Part shown: in pieces, positions 1 through 10,193 of the stretch
Position numbering within the stretch: position 1 is the stretch's first letter
Layout of the letters: the number at the start of each line of letters is the position of its first letter
NCBI GenBank assembly: GCA_963708025.1
Contig: CAVPSB010000013.1
Coordinates: 96,001 to 160,000, forward strand
DNA length: 64,000 bases
Source of the DNA: an uncultured Candidatus Rokubacteria bacterium
GTDB taxonomy: Bacteria; Methylomirabilota; Methylomirabilia; Rokubacteriales; DASRDR01
Reading direction: 5' to 3'
Notes under the pieces: model-generated
The model's input: only the letters and a program-made list of their open reading frames with translations
The model's database searches: none
Told to the model about the DNA's origin: nothing
Program-made: the position numbers and the translations under genes

Positions 1-607
1 GCTGAACTGGGAAGGCCTGACCGGCGGCAACCTGGGGATCTCGGCCATTCCCCGCCCGCTGGCCGGCGTGTTCGCGCCTCCGCTCCGCTACAACGTCTTC
101 TACCTGGGCCTGGTGGGGGTCGCGGTCGGGGGGGTCTACTGGGCGCTGGAGCGCATCGTCCGCTCCCCGTGGGGTCGGGTCCTCAAGGCCATCCGCGAGG
201 ACGAGACCGCCACCGTCTCGCTCGGAAAGGACGTCCGCCTCTTCCGGCTGCAGGCCTTCGTCCTCGGCTCGGCCGCCATCGGGCTGGCCGGCGCCCTCTA
301 CGTCGGCTTCGTCGGGTACGTCAGCCCCTTCGATTTCCTGCCGATCGTCACCTTCCAGGTGTGGACCATGCTGATCGTCGGCGGCAGCGGCAACAACCGG
401 GGCGCCGTCGTCGGGGCCCTGGTCGTGTGGGCGCTGTGGAGCGGCAGCGGCTCGCTCGTCGCCAGCTGGCTCCCCTCGGAGCTGCAGACGCAGGGCGGCG
501 CGGTGCAGGTCATCCTGATCGGCCTGGTGCTGTGCCTCACGCTCCGGTTCCGGCCGCGGGGCCTGATCGGCGAGGAGCCCCGGGTCTCCCGCCACCTCGC
601 CGAGTGA
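1..607 (+). CDS. Branched-chain amino acid ABC permease (LivM-like), 5' end outside window
   Basis: SPWGRVLKAIREDE and IVGGSGNNRGAVVGA motifs; hydrophobic segments. Confidence 0.9.
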   Translation, partial: LNWEGLTGGNLGISAIPRPLAGVFAPPLRYNVFYLGLVGVAVGGVYWALERIVRSPWGRVLKAIREDETATVSLGKDVRLFRLQAFVLGSAAIGLAGALYVGFVGYVSPFDFLPIVTFQVWTMLIVGGSGNNRGAVVGALVVWALWSGSGSLVASWLPSELQTQGGAVQVILIGLVLCLTLRFRPRGLIGEEPRVSRHLAE

Positions 608-635
608 GGCCCCGCGCCCCTGGATTCCCCGCCGA

Positions 636-728
636 CTAGTGCCGTTCCAACTTGTTCGAGGAATGCGGCGAGTCCGTGCTTCAAGAATCGCTTGCCCATT
701 TTGGCTCATGTAGTTGGAACGGCACTAG
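636..728. mobile_element. MITE-like element with 17-bp perfect terminal inverted repeats including CTAG ends
   Basis: CTAGTGCCGTTCCAACT (636-652) and AGTTGGAACGGCACTAG (712-728); AT-richer interior; intergenic. Confidence 0.7.
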
Positions 729-787
729 GCAAGGGCCCCCGGATGCTCTACTATCGCGACACCGAACGCACCAGGGAGGAGACTGCA

Positions 788-2057
788 ATGCGGCTCCAGC
801 GAATGGTCGTGCTCATCGTCGCGACGGTCAGCGTCGCCGTCGCGCCGGCGGCCTCCGCCCAGCCGTCGTGTCCGATCAAGCTCGGGGGCATCCTGTCGCT
901 GACCGGGTCGCTCGGCGCGGTGGGGAAACCCATCGCCGACACGGCCCGGATGGCCGTCGAGCACGTCAACGCCGCCGGAGGCGTCAAGGGCTGCCCGGTC
1001 GAGTTCATCCTCCGGGACGACCAGGGCCAGTCCACCGTCGGCGTGGACGCCGCCAAGAATTTGGTGGACGTCCAGGGGGTCCCGGCCCTGATCGGCGCCA
1101 TCAGCAGCGGGGTGAGCCTGCCGATCCTGAGCTCGGTCGCGGTCCCGGCGAAGGTCGTCATGGTGTCGTGCTGCTCCACGTCGCCGACCTTCACCACGCT
1201 GGCCCAGGAGGGGAAGACGGGCGGCTACTGGTTCCGGACCATCCCGACCACCAAGACGATGGCCTACGCGGCCGCCCAGCTGGCCGCCCAGCGGGGCTAC
1301 CGGAAGGTCGCGGTGATCTACGTCAACACCGACTTCGGGGTGAACCTGGGCAAGGATTTCGCCCGGGCCATGCAGAAGCTCGGCGGCTCGGTGGTCGTCT
1401 CGATCCCCTACCAGGAGAACCAGCCCTCGTACCGGGCCGAGGTGAGCCGCGCGCTCGCCGCCAGCCCCGACTCGGCCTACCTCATCGCCTTCCCCCAGGA
1501 TGGCGCCACCCTGGCCCGCGAATGGCTCTCGTTCGGCGGCACCCAGAGCCTCCTCCTCAACAACGCCCTCCGCGCCGACCAGTTCGTCAAGGCGGTGGGC
1601 GCCCGGTTCCTCCAGAACGCCTACGGCATGGATTCCGCCCAGGTCTCCGGGCCCTCGGTCGAACGCCTTCAACCAGGCCTTCCAGGCCAAGTTCGGCGCG
1701 GCCCCCAACGGCCCCGGGCTCCACAGCGTCTACGACGCCGTCGTCGTGGTGGCGCTGGCCATGCAGGCGTCGAAGACGATCAGCGGAACCGAGATTCGCG
1801 ACAACATCCGGCGCGTGACGGCCCCGGGCGGCGCCCCGGTCTCGACCGGTGTGGAGAGTATCCGGCGGGGCCTCGAGCTGCTCAGGAGCGGCCAGGCCGT
1901 CCGTTACGCCGGCGCCACCGGACCCGTCCAGTTCGACGAGCACGGCGACGTGTCCGGGCCGGCCCTGATCTGGCGGATCAAGGATGAGCAGATCGTGACC
2001 GACCGGCAGATCCCCCTCGAGGAGATGCAAGCGCTCTTCAAGCAGATCGACGGATAG
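788..2057 (+). CDS. ABC substrate-binding protein (LivK/type I family), frameshift near 1660
   Basis: Signal peptide, IKLGGILSLTG; C-terminus (YDAVV...GATGPVQFDEHGD) continues in ORF 1500..2057; GGAGGA RBS. Confidence 0.9.
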
Positions 2058-2181
2058 TCCCGACCAGGACCGCGGTCGGAACGCGAAATTTCGGGCCTGA
2101 CCGCCCCGGAAAGGGTGTGCTAGAGTCTGGTTCGGCAACCGATGGCCGTCCCACCCGCGGACGCTCAGGAGAGGTGACGCC

Positions 2182-3777
2182 ATGGACAACCTCGCGATGT
2201 GGAAACGCTTCAAGAACTACCTGTGCGTCTCCGATTCGGTCGGAGTCACGGTGGACATCAGCCGGATGAAGTTCAGCGACACCTTCCTGCAGGAGAAGGA
2301 CGCGGACATCCGCCGGGCCTTCGCGGAGATGGACAAGCTGGAAGCCGGCGAGATCGTGAACCCCGACGAGAAGCGGATGGTCGGCCACTACTGGCTCCGC
2401 GACTCCGCGAAGGCGCCGACGCCGGAGCTGCGCAAGGAGATCGACTCCACCCTGGCCCGCATCAAGAAGTTCGCCAAGGCGGTCCATGAAGGCCGCATCA
2501 AGCCGCAGAAGGCCAAGCGCTTCACCAACGTGCTCGTCGTCGGCATCGGCGGCTCCGCGCTCGGCCCCGAGTTCGTGGCCAAGGCGCTCGGCTCCCCGAG
2601 CCGGGACAAGATGAAGCCCTACTTCTTCGACAACACCGACCCCGACGGGATGGACCTGGTCCTGGAGCAGATCGGGGCGGGGCTCAAGGAGACCCTCACG
2701 CTGGTCATCTCCAAGTCGGGGGGCACCAAGGAGACCCGCAACGGGATGCTCGAGGCCGAGGCCGCCTACACCCGGGCCGGCCTCAAGTTCCCGGCCCACG
2801 CGGTCGCGGTCACCGGCGACGACAGTGACCTGGACCACTACGCCGTCCAGCACAAGTGGCTGGACCGCTTCCCGATGTGGGACTGGGTGGGCGGCCGCAC
2901 CTCCGAGATGTCGGCGGTCGGGCTGCTGCCGGCGGCCCTCCAGGGTATCGACATCCAGGGGATCCTCAACGGCGCCAAGGCCATGGATGAGGTGACCCGG
3001 AGCAAGGACCCGATGCGGAACCCCGCCGCCCTGGTGGCGCTCATGTGGTACCACGCCGGCGGTGGCCGGGGCGCCAAGGACATGGTGATCCTGCCCTACA
3101 AGGACCGGCTGGAGCTGTTCAGCCGCTACCTCCAGCAGCTCGTGATGGAGTCGCTGGGCAAGGAGCACGACCTCAACAACAAGGTCGTCAATCAGGGGAT
3201 CGCGGTCTACGGCAACAAGGGCTCCACGGACCAGCACGCCTACGTGCAGCAGCTCCGCGACGGCGTCAACAACTTCTTCGTGACGTTCATCGAGGTGCTG
3301 AAGGACCGGAACGGGAAGTCGATGGCGGTCGAGCCCGGGGCGACCAGCGGCGACTTCCTGAGCGGCTTCCACCAGGGCACCCGGCGAGCGCTGTTCGAGA
3401 AGGACCGGGAGAGCATCACGGTCACCGTCAACGAGGTGAGCCCCCAGACCGTCGGCAAGCTCATCGCCCTGTACGACCGCGCGGTCGGCTACTACGGCAC
3501 GCTGGTGAACATCAACGCCTACCACCAGCCGGGCGTCGAGGCCGGCAAGAAGGCGGCGGCCGGCGTGCTGGAGCTGCAGGCCCGGATCGTGGCGGGGCTC
3601 AAGGCCAACAAGAAGAAGGCCTTCACCGTCGAGCAGCTCGCCGACGAGATCGGGGCCCGGGACGAGGTGGAGACCGTGTTCAAGATCCTGCAGCACCTCT
3701 CCGCCAACAAGGACCACGGGGTCAAGCAGAGCCGGGCGGCCGGCGCCTCGATCTTCGCCGCCACCTACTCGGCGTAG
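2182..3777 (+). CDS. pgi: Glucose-6-phosphate isomerase (resembles the cyanobacterial/plastid type)
   Basis: [35 protein letters not shown] and QPGVEAGK motifs. Confidence 0.97.
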   Translation: MDNLAMWKRFKNYLCVSDSVGVTVDISRMKFSDTFLQEKDADIRRAFAEMDKLEAGEIVNPDEKRMVGHYWLRDSAKAPTPELRKEIDSTLARIKKFAKAVHEGRIKPQKAKRFTNVLVVGIGGSALGPEFVAKALGSPSRDKMKPYFFDNTDPDGMDLVLEQIGAGLKETLTLVISKSGGTKETRNGMLEAEAAYTRAGLKFPAHAVAVTGDDSDLDHYAVQHKWLDRFPMWDWVGGRTSEMSAVGLLPAALQGIDIQGILNGAKAMDEVTRSKDPMRNPAALVALMWYHAGGGRGAKDMVILPYKDRLELFSRYLQQLVMESLGKEHDLNNKVVNQGIAVYGNKGSTDQHAYVQQLRDGVNNFFVTFIEVLKDRNGKSMAVEPGATSGDFLSGFHQGTRRALFEKDRESITVTVNEVSPQTVGKLIALYDRAVGYYGTLVNINAYHQPGVEAGKKAAAGVLELQARIVAGLKANKKKAFTVEQLADEIGARDEVETVFKILQHLSANKDHGVKQSRAAGASIFAATYSA

Positions 3778-3842
3778 CTTCGCCGGCGGGGCGGTCACCG
3801 GGCGACGGTGACCGCCGGGGGGGCCGGGCGGACAGGAGGAGC

Positions 3843-4646
3843 ATGCGGTACTCGCGAGCGAGACGGGCGGTCCTCGTCCTGGCCGCCGCCGGCCTCGCCG
3901 CCTGTGCCGTCGGCCCGCCCGACCCTCCCCCGCCCGGTCTCCCGGGCGAGATCCGGGTCGGCGTCACGTCGAGCTATGCCCCGATCATCTTCCGGCTCGG
4001 AGGGCCCACGACAGGCACGATCGCCGGGGTGGAGGCCGACCTGGCCCGCCGCCTCGGCGAGGCGCTGGGGCGCCCGGTCCGGTTCATCGAGGTGCGCTGG
4101 GAGGAGCAGATCGACATGCTCCTGTCCCGGCGGACCGACATCATCATGTCCGGGATGTCCATCACCCAGGCCCGGCAGGTCCGCATCGCCTTCACCGAGC
4201 CCTACCTCGAGACCGGCCAGGCCGTCGCGATGCGGGTCGAGGACGCCGCCCGGTACAACTCGCGCGAGAAGCTGGTGGCCGCCCCGGTGACCATCGGCGT
4301 GATCGAGGGGACGACCGGGGAGGTCTTCGTCCAGCGGAGCCTGCCCAACGCCCGCCGGGTGCAGCTGATCCGGGCCAGCGACGGCGCGCTCGCGCTCAAG
4401 CGCCGGACCGTCAACGTCTTCATCCACGACGCCCCGTCCATCATGTGGCTCGTCTCCGAGAACGAGGCCGACCTCGCCGGCGCCTGGACGCCGCTCACCA
4501 AGGAGAGCCTGGCCTGGGGGCTCCGCCGCGAGGACACCGAGTTCCTGGCGCGCGTCAACGACCTCCTGCGGGCCTGGAAGGCGGACGGCTCCCTGGAAGC
4601 GGTGCTGAACAAGTGGCTCCCCTACCGGAGGCCCGCCGGCTCGTAG
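3843..4646 (+). CDS. Amino-acid ABC substrate-binding lipoprotein (family 3)
   Basis: AGGAGG RBS; lipobox LAAC; GVEADLA, DIIMSGMSITQAR and FTEPY motifs. Confidence 0.88.
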   Translation: MRYSRARRAVLVLAAAGLAACAVGPPDPPPPGLPGEIRVGVTSSYAPIIFRLGGPTTGTIAGVEADLARRLGEALGRPVRFIEVRWEEQIDMLLSRRTDIIMSGMSITQARQVRIAFTEPYLETGQAVAMRVEDAARYNSREKLVAAPVTIGVIEGTTGEVFVQRSLPNARRVQLIRASDGALALKRRTVNVFIHDAPSIMWLVSENEADLAGAWTPLTKESLAWGLRREDTEFLARVNDLLRAWKADGSLEAVLNKWLPYRRPAGS

Positions 4647-4684
4647 CCCGCCAAGCCCCTCTGCAGGGGTGAGCGCGGCGGCTC

Positions 4685-5551
4685 CTACGGCTTGCGCAGC
4701 GCGAGAGGGGCGGCGCCCAGAAGGCGTCGGGCCGCCGCCCAGATCCCCTCGATTGCCTCCGTCAGGGCCGGGGCGTCGAGGGCCAGGCCGCGCAGCAGGT
4801 AGCCGCCGCGCGGCAGCGCCTCGCCGCCGATCTTCACGTCCGGCCGCCCCGTCGCCAGGGCCGCCACCTCCGACTCGAACCGCGCGTCGGCGACGACGCC
4901 GATCAGGGCCACCGTGGCGAAGTAGGGGTGTGATTCGGTCCCGCCGAGGCCGCCCCAGGCGGGATTTCCCCGCAGGACGAACCGGTCGCGGAGGAGCCAG
5001 CCGCCGGCGTCCCGGATCAGCAGCGCGCTCTCGAGCCGGTCGAAGCGCCACGCCTCACCCCGGCCGACGCGCCCCGCGGCGAAGGCGTCGACGAGGACCA
5101 GCCTCGCCCCCTCCCCGACCTCGACGCCGATCGTCTGCCGGAGCGCCGACCCGGCGAAGGGGATCGTGTGGTCCGGCACGTACTCCACGGTCGCGCCCGG
5201 CTCCAGCCGGATGAGCACGTCCTGGACGGCCGGCTCGCCCTCGGTCCGGTAGACCTTCGTCGCCGAGGGCGTCGTGAGGACGGCGTGGGCCCCCGGCCCG
5301 GCCACGACCTCGATCGCCAGCCGGTCGCCGCCGACCAGGCCGCCGGTCGGGTTGAGGACCGACACCACCGCCGCGGGATCGTCCAGCCCGACCGGGGCCA
5401 GGACCTGCAGCGGCAGCGTGGACCGGCACCCGGTCAGCACGGTGGCGGCGCCACGGCGCTCGAACCGGAGGCGCAGCGCGCCGTCCCGGCCGATCCGGTC
5501 AGGCGGGGAGCAGAAGGTCGTGATGAATCCAGCCGACGACACGGTCCACAC
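4685..5551 (-). CDS. ureD: Urease accessory protein UreD (start uncertain)
   Basis: [12 protein letters not shown] and [11 protein letters not shown]; last gene of urease operon. Confidence 0.92.
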   Translation of the reverse strand: MWTVSSAGFITTFCSPPDRIGRDGALRLRFERRGAATVLTGCRSTLPLQVLAPVGLDDPAAVVSVLNPTGGLVGGDRLAIEVVAGPGAHAVLTTPSATKVYRTEGEPAVQDVLIRLEPGATVEYVPDHTIPFAGSALRQTIGVEVGEGARLVLVDAFAAGRVGRGEAWRFDRLESALLIRDAGGWLLRDRFVLRGNPAWGGLGGTESHPYFATVALIGVVADARFESEVAALATGRPDVKIGGEALPRGGYLLRGLALDAPALTEAIEGIWAAARRLLGAAPLALRKP

Positions 5552-6110
5552 CGGTCCCGTCGCGGAGGTTGGTGAACACGAACGGGCGGTCGCCGCGCAT
5601 CCGGCGCGAGTCCCGCGCCATCACGTCGAGGTCCGCGCCGACGTGGGGGGCGAGGTCGATCTTGTTGATCACGAGGAGGTCGGACCGGGTGATCCCCGGC
5701 CCGCCCTTGCGCGGGATCTTGTCCCCCTCGGCGACGTCGATGACGTAGATGGTGGCGTCGACCAGCTCCGGGCTGAAGGTCGCCGCCAGGTTGTCTCCCC
5801 CGCTCTCGACGAGCAGCAGGTCCAGCGCGGGGAACCGCTCGACCAGCCCTCGGACGGCCTCGAGGTTCACCGATGCGTCTTCGCGGATCGCCGTGTGGGG
5901 GCAGCCGCCGGTCTCGACCGCCACCACCCGGTCCGGCGGGAGCGCGCCCCGGCGGACGAGGAACTCGGCGTCCTCCTTCGTGTAGATGTCGTTGGTGATC
6001 ACCGCCATGTCAACCGCGGCTCGCAGGCGGACGCACAGGGCCTCCACGAGGGCGGTCTTGCCGGAGCCCACGGGGCCCCCGATGCCGATCTTGAGGGGCT
6101 TCGGGATCAC
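5499..6110 (-). CDS. ureG: Urease accessory GTPase UreG
   Basis: [30 protein letters not shown] start overlaps ureF stop. Confidence 0.97.
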   Translation of the reverse strand: MIPKPLKIGIGGPVGSGKTALVEALCVRLRAAVDMAVITNDIYTKEDAEFLVRRGALPPDRVVAVETGGCPHTAIREDASVNLEAVRGLVERFPALDLLLVESGGDNLAATFSPELVDATIYVIDVAEGDKIPRKGGPGITRSDLLVINKIDLAPHVGADLDVMARDSRRMRGDRPFVFTNLRDGTGVDRVVGWIHHDLLLPA

Positions 6111-6796
6111 GAGCGGAACAGCCTCAGGTCGAGCCGCGCGTGCTCCCACCCGGCCAGCTCCAGCCCCGGCGTGAAGCTCCACATGTCCTCCGGCCGCGCG
6201 CGGGCGGCCTCGGTCGCCAGGCGGTGGATCCGAGGCCGCATGGCGGCCAGCGCATGCTGCCCCTCGAGCTGGCCGAGCGGCATCAGCCTGAGCGCGGCGC
6301 CCACCAGCATGGCGGCGGTGGCGTAGAGGTAGGCGGCCGCGATGGCCTCGGCCGGGGCACCGCCCCGCCCGGTCACGGCGCCGAACACGACCGCGTGGTG
6401 ACCCGGCGTCCGGCCCTCGGCCACGGCCCGGGCGACGGCGCCGACGAACGGGTCGTCCTCGAGCGCGGCGGCGACCCGCGCGGTCTGACGGCCCATCTGC
6501 TGGCTCGCGTCCCGGAACTCCCGGACGCACTTCGTGGCGTGGAGCGCCGCGTCGAGGGCCATCCAGCCGGCGAGGTCGTCGCGCACGGCGGCCTGCGCGG
6601 CGGCGGCGGCCGCGACCGCGTCGCCGGGCCCCGCGCTGCCCTCGAGGTGAGCGGCGAGAAACGCCTCGAGGCCGGCGCGGTCGCGGACGAGGCCGGCCTG
6701 GGCGTAGGTCTCGAGCCCGAACGAGTGGGCGAACCCCCCGGCCGGGAAGAGCCCGTCCGTGAACTGGAGCAGGCCGAGGAGCCCGTCAGTCACCAT
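6107..6796 (-). CDS. ureF: Urease accessory protein UreF
   Basis: [16 protein letters not shown] and C-terminal RLFRS. Confidence 0.95.
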   Translation of the reverse strand: MVTDGLLGLLQFTDGLFPAGGFAHSFGLETYAQAGLVRDRAGLEAFLAAHLEGSAGPGDAVAAAAAAQAAVRDDLAGWMALDAALHATKCVREFRDASQQMGRQTARVAAALEDDPFVGAVARAVAEGRTPGHHAVVFGAVTGRGGAPAEAIAAAYLYATAAMLVGAALRLMPLGQLEGQHALAAMRPRIHRLATEAARARPEDMWSFTPGLELAGWEHARLDLRLFRS

Positions 6797-7232
6797 GCCG
6801 GTGTCCTTTTCCGATCGGCGTGAACGCCGTCCGCTCGCGCTGCCAGGTCACGCCGAGCCGGGTCAGGAGCCGCTCCATGGCCGGATCGTCCGGCACCAGG
6901 AGCCGCTGAGCGTCGATGGCGAGCGTGAAGTGGCGGTTTCCGACCTCGAATGCGAGGCGTAGCGCCTCCTCGGGGGAGCGCGGGGTGGCGGCCAGCACCG
7001 GCTCCGGCGCCGCCTCGACGACCACGTACCACCCGGGACCGACGTGGAGCACGTCGCCCGGAACCAGCGCGCTGCCGGTGGGCAGCGCCAGCGCCAGCTC
7101 GCGGCCGCCGCGCGTGGCGACGCGACGCCGGCCCCAGCGGCGCTCCTCCGCCGTCAGCACCAGCGCGTCGCGCTCGAGCCCCGCCAGGTCGGCTCCATCC
7201 GTCTCCACCCGCGCCTGCGTGATCACGATCAT
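6786..7232 (-). CDS. ureE: Urease accessory nickel chaperone UreE
   Basis: AFEVGNRH motif; C-terminal GHRH; operon position. Confidence 0.88.
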   Translation of the reverse strand: MIVITQARVETDGADLAGLERDALVLTAEERRWGRRRVATRGGRELALALPTGSALVPGDVLHVGPGWYVVVEAAPEPVLAATPRSPEEALRLAFEVGNRHFTLAIDAQRLLVPDDPAMERLLTRLGVTWQRERTAFTPIGKGHRHGD

Positions 7233-7234
7233 TC

Positions 7235-7290
7235 GGACCTCCCCCACCCCCACCCCTCCCGGCACCCTCCGGGGGGAGGGGCGCCGGCCC
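7235..7290. repeat. G/C-tract hairpin intergenic repeat, copy 1
   Basis: GGACCTCCCCCACCCCCACCCCTCCCGG...CCGGGGGGAGGGG between ureC and ureE. Confidence 0.7.
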
Positions 7291-7334
7291 CTTCGAACTC
7301 CACGCTGCCCACGGGCGGGGCGTCCTTGACGTTG

Positions 7335-9053
7335 TCAGAAGAGGAAGTAGCGCTGCGCCATCGGTAGGACCCGGGCCGGCTCGCAGGTGAGTAGCTCGCC
7401 GTCCGCCCGGACCTCGTAGGTCTCGGGATCGACCTCGATCCGCGGCAGGGCGTCGTTGTGGACCATGTCGCGCTTGCCGAGGCCGCGACAGCGCCGCACC
7501 GCCACCGCCCGTCGCTGGAGGCGCAGCCGTCCCGCCACGTCGGCGGCCAGGGCGGCGGCCGAGACGAACGTCACCGCCGTGCTCGCGACCGCCCGGCCGA
7601 AGGCGCCGAACATCGGCCGGTACAGCACCGGCTGGGGGGTCGGGATGGACGCGTTGGGATCGCCCATGGCCGCCCAGGCGATGGCGCCGCCCTTGACCAC
7701 CAGCTCCGGCTTGACGCCGAAGAACGCCGGCTTCCAGAGCACGAGGTCGGCCAGCTTGCCGGCCTCCACCGAGCCCACGTGGTCGGCCAGGCCGTGGGCG
7801 ATGGCCGGGTTGATCGTGTACTTCGCCACGTACCGCTTCACCCGGCGGTTGTCGTCGCCCGGCGTCTCGCCGGGGAGCGCGCCCCGCTGGCGCTTCATCT
7901 TGTCGGCGGTCTGCCAGGTGCGGATGATCACCTCGCCGATCCGCCCCATCGCCTGGGAATCGGACGACATCATGCTGATCGCCCCGAGGTCGTGGAGGAT
8001 GTCCTCGGCGGCGATCGTCTCCGCCCGGATCCGGGACTCCGCGAACGCCAGGTCCTCGGGGATGCGCGGGTTCAGGTGGTGACACACCATGAGCATGTCG
8101 AGGTGCTCGTCCATGGTGTTCACCGTGAACGGCATCGTCGGGTTGGTCGACGAGGGCAGGCAGTTGGGCTCGCCGCAGACCCGGATGATGTCGGGGGCGT
8201 GCCCGCCCCCCGCCCCTTCCGTGTGGTAGGTGTGGATCGTGCGGCCCCGGAAGGCGCGGATCGAGTCCTCGACGAAGCCCGCCTCGTTCAGGGTGTCGGT
8301 GTGGATCGCCACCTGGACGTCGTGCTCCTCGGCGACGCCCAGGGCGCAGTCGATGGCCGCCGGCGTCGTCCCCCAGTCCTCGTGGAGCTTGAGCCCGATG
8401 GCGCCGGCGGCGATCTGCTCGCGGAGCGGCTCGGGGGTCGAGGCGTTCCCCTTGCCCAGGAAGCCGAGGTTCACCGGGAAGGCCTCGCTCGCCTCCAGCA
8501 TCCGGTGGAGATGCCACTCGCCCGGGGTGCAGGTCGTCGCGTTCGTCCCGGTGGCCGGCCCGGTGCCGCCCCCGAGCAGGGTCGTGAGCCCGGCGCTGAT
8601 CGCCTCGGTCACGAGCTGCGGGCAGATGAAGTGGATGTGCGCGTCGAGCCCGCCGGCGGTGACCAGGCGACCCTCGCCGGCGATCACCTCGGTCCCGGCG
8701 CCGACGACCATGCCCTCCGAGACGCCGGCCATGAGGTCGGGGTTCCCGGCCTTGCCGACGCCGGCGATGCGACCGTCGCGGATGCCGATGTCCGCCTTCA
8801 CGATCCCCCAGTGGTCCACGATCACCGCGTTCGTGATCACGGTGTCCAGGGCCCCGGCGGCGCGGGTGGCCCGCGCCGACTGCCCCATGCCGTCCCGGAG
8901 CACCTTGCCGCCGCCGAACTTGGCCTCCTCGCCGGGGGTCGTGAGGTCCCGCTCGACCCGGATGAACAGCTCGGTGTCGGCGAGGCGCACGCGGTCCCCC
9001 ACCGTCGGCCCGTACAGGTCGGCGTACTGCCGGCGCGTCAGGCGCAGCGTCAT
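7335..9053 (-). CDS. ureC: Urease subunit alpha
   Basis: [50 protein letters not shown]. Confidence 0.99.
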   Translation of the reverse strand: MTLRLTRRQYADLYGPTVGDRVRLADTELFIRVERDLTTPGEEAKFGGGKVLRDGMGQSARATRAAGALDTVITNAVIVDHWGIVKADIGIRDGRIAGVGKAGNPDLMAGVSEGMVVGAGTEVIAGEGRLVTAGGLDAHIHFICPQLVTEAISAGLTTLLGGGTGPATGTNATTCTPGEWHLHRMLEASEAFPVNLGFLGKGNASTPEPLREQIAAGAIGLKLHEDWGTTPAAIDCALGVAEEHDVQVAIHTDTLNEAGFVEDSIRAFRGRTIHTYHTEGAGGGHAPDIIRVCGEPNCLPSSTNPTMPFTVNTMDEHLDMLMVCHHLNPRIPEDLAFAESRIRAETIAAEDILHDLGAISMMSSDSQAMGRIGEVIIRTWQTADKMKRQRGALPGETPGDDNRRVKRYVAKYTINPAIAHGLADHVGSVEAGKLADLVLWKPAFFGVKPELVVKGGAIAWAAMGDPNASIPTPQPVLYRPMFGAFGRAVASTAVTFVSAAALAADVAGRLRLQRRAVAVRRCRGLGKRDMVHNDALPRIEVDPETYEVRADGELLTCEPARVLPMAQRYFLF

Positions 9054-9400
9054 GGCCGGCGCTCCCACTCGGCCAGCCGGCCGAGCGCCGCGTCCCGGTC
9101 GCCGCCCTGGGTGAGGGCGTTGAGCCCGAACAGCCGGCGGGCGCCGGCCACCTCGACGAGGGTGACGCGTTTGGCGTCACCCGGCTCGAACCGGACCGCG
9201 GTGCCGGCCGGGACGTTCAGCCGCATGCCGAACGCCCGCGCGCGATCGAAGGACAGGGCCCGGTTGACCTCGAAGAAGTGGAAGTGGGAGCCGACCTGGA
9301 TCGGCCGGTCGCCGGTGTTGGTCACGACCAGCTCGACCGTCTGGCGACCCGCATTGGCGACGATGTCGCCGTCGCCGAGCACGTACTCCCCGGGAATCAT
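9050..9400 (-). CDS. ureB: Urease subunit beta
   Basis: [34 protein letters not shown]. Confidence 0.98.
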   Translation of the reverse strand: MIPGEYVLGDGDIVANAGRQTVELVVTNTGDRPIQVGSHFHFFEVNRALSFDRARAFGMRLNVPAGTAVRFEPGDAKRVTLVEVAGARRLFGLNALTQGGDRDAALGRLAEWERRP

Positions 9401-9411
9401 GAGGTGGGCTC

Positions 9412-9714
9412 CTATCGGATCGGCGAGTGGATGGTCACCAGCTTGGTGCCGTCGGGAAAGGTGCCCTCGACCTGCACCTCTTCCAGCATCTCCGGCACGC
9501 CCTCCATCACGTCGTCCCGGCCGAGGATGGTCAGCCCGGCCGCCATCAGCTCGGAGACCGACCGGCCGTCGCGGATGCCTTCGAGGATCTCGGCGGTGAT
9601 GAGCGCCAGCGCCTCGGGGTGGTTGAGCTTCAGGCCCCGGGTCCGGCGCCGCCGGGCCAGCTCGGCGGCGGTGAAGATGAGGAGCTTCTCCTGCTCCCGC
9701 GGGGTGAGGTGCAT
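9412..9714 (-). CDS. ureA: Urease subunit gamma
   Basis: [11 protein letters not shown] and [14 protein letters not shown]. Confidence 0.98.
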   Translation of the reverse strand: MHLTPREQEKLLIFTAAELARRRRTRGLKLNHPEALALITAEILEGIRDGRSVSELMAAGLTILGRDDVMEGVPEMLEEVQVEGTFPDGTKLVTIHSPIR

Positions 9715-9730
9715 CGTTGGACCTCCCTCG

Positions 9731-9990
9731 TCACACGGACAGAAAGCGCTTCATTTCCTCGACGTCGAAGCCGGCCTTCTCGCCCTCCCAGGCGATGGCT
9801 CCTTTCTCCATCACGTAGAAGCGATCGCAGAGCGCGTGGGCGAACTCGAGGTACTGCTCGACCACGACGATGGCGCGGCGCCCCTCGACCTTGATGCGGC
9901 CGAGCGCGTCGGCGATCTCCTCCACGAGCGAGGGCTGGATGCCCTCGGTCGGCTCGTCGAGGAGGAGCAGTCGGGGATCGGCGATGAGGG
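9731..9990 (-). pseudogene. urtE: 3' remnant of urea ABC transporter ATPase
   Basis: Frame reads LIADPRLLLLDEPTEGIQPSLVEE...VEQYLEFA; no Walker A; in-frame TGA just upstream. Confidence 0.8.
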
Positions 9991-10034
9991 TGACCAGGGC
10001 GGCTCAGCCGTCATGCCGCCCGCGGCCCCAATGA

Positions 10035-10050
10035 AGCAAGGGTCGTGCCC
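10035..10050 (-). promoter_or_regulatory. Sigma-54 (-24/-12) promoter of the urease operon
   Basis: Minus strand GGGCACGACCCTTGCT matches TGGCACG-N4-TTGCW with GG-N10-GC spacing. Confidence 0.8.
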
Positions 10051-10136
10051 GGGAGAGGTCGGACGACGCCGGCCGCCGAATGGCATGACGGGCGGAGGCT
10101 TACACCGACAGACCTTCCGGCGGGCTCGCCCGCGGG

Positions 10137-10174
10137 TGCCGCATCCGCAGGCACCGGTGCCCAAGGTCGAGGCA
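10137..10174. promoter_or_regulatory. Tandem NtrC-like enhancer boxes
   Basis: Two TGCC-N9-GGCA sites at 10137-10153 and 10158-10174, 21 bp apart, about 110-150 bp upstream of the predicted start site. Confidence 0.55.
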
Positions 10175-10193
10175 GGCGCCGGGTCGGTGGGCT

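Noticed and set aside
1655-1670. Programmed frameshifting as an explanation of split genes
   Set aside because: No slippery heptamers at the shift sites I examined, and the shifts hit unrelated gene families; sequencing indels are more parsimonious.
2088-2098. AATTTCGGGCC shared with about 17838-17848
   Set aside because: Only 11 bp, no flanking similarity and no shared context; compatible with chance.
7458-9599. 713-aa plus-strand ORF and similar long antisense ORFs (18869..21589, 26345..28711, 50546..52465)
   Set aside because: Shadow frames of well-supported genes, expected at this GC content; no motifs.
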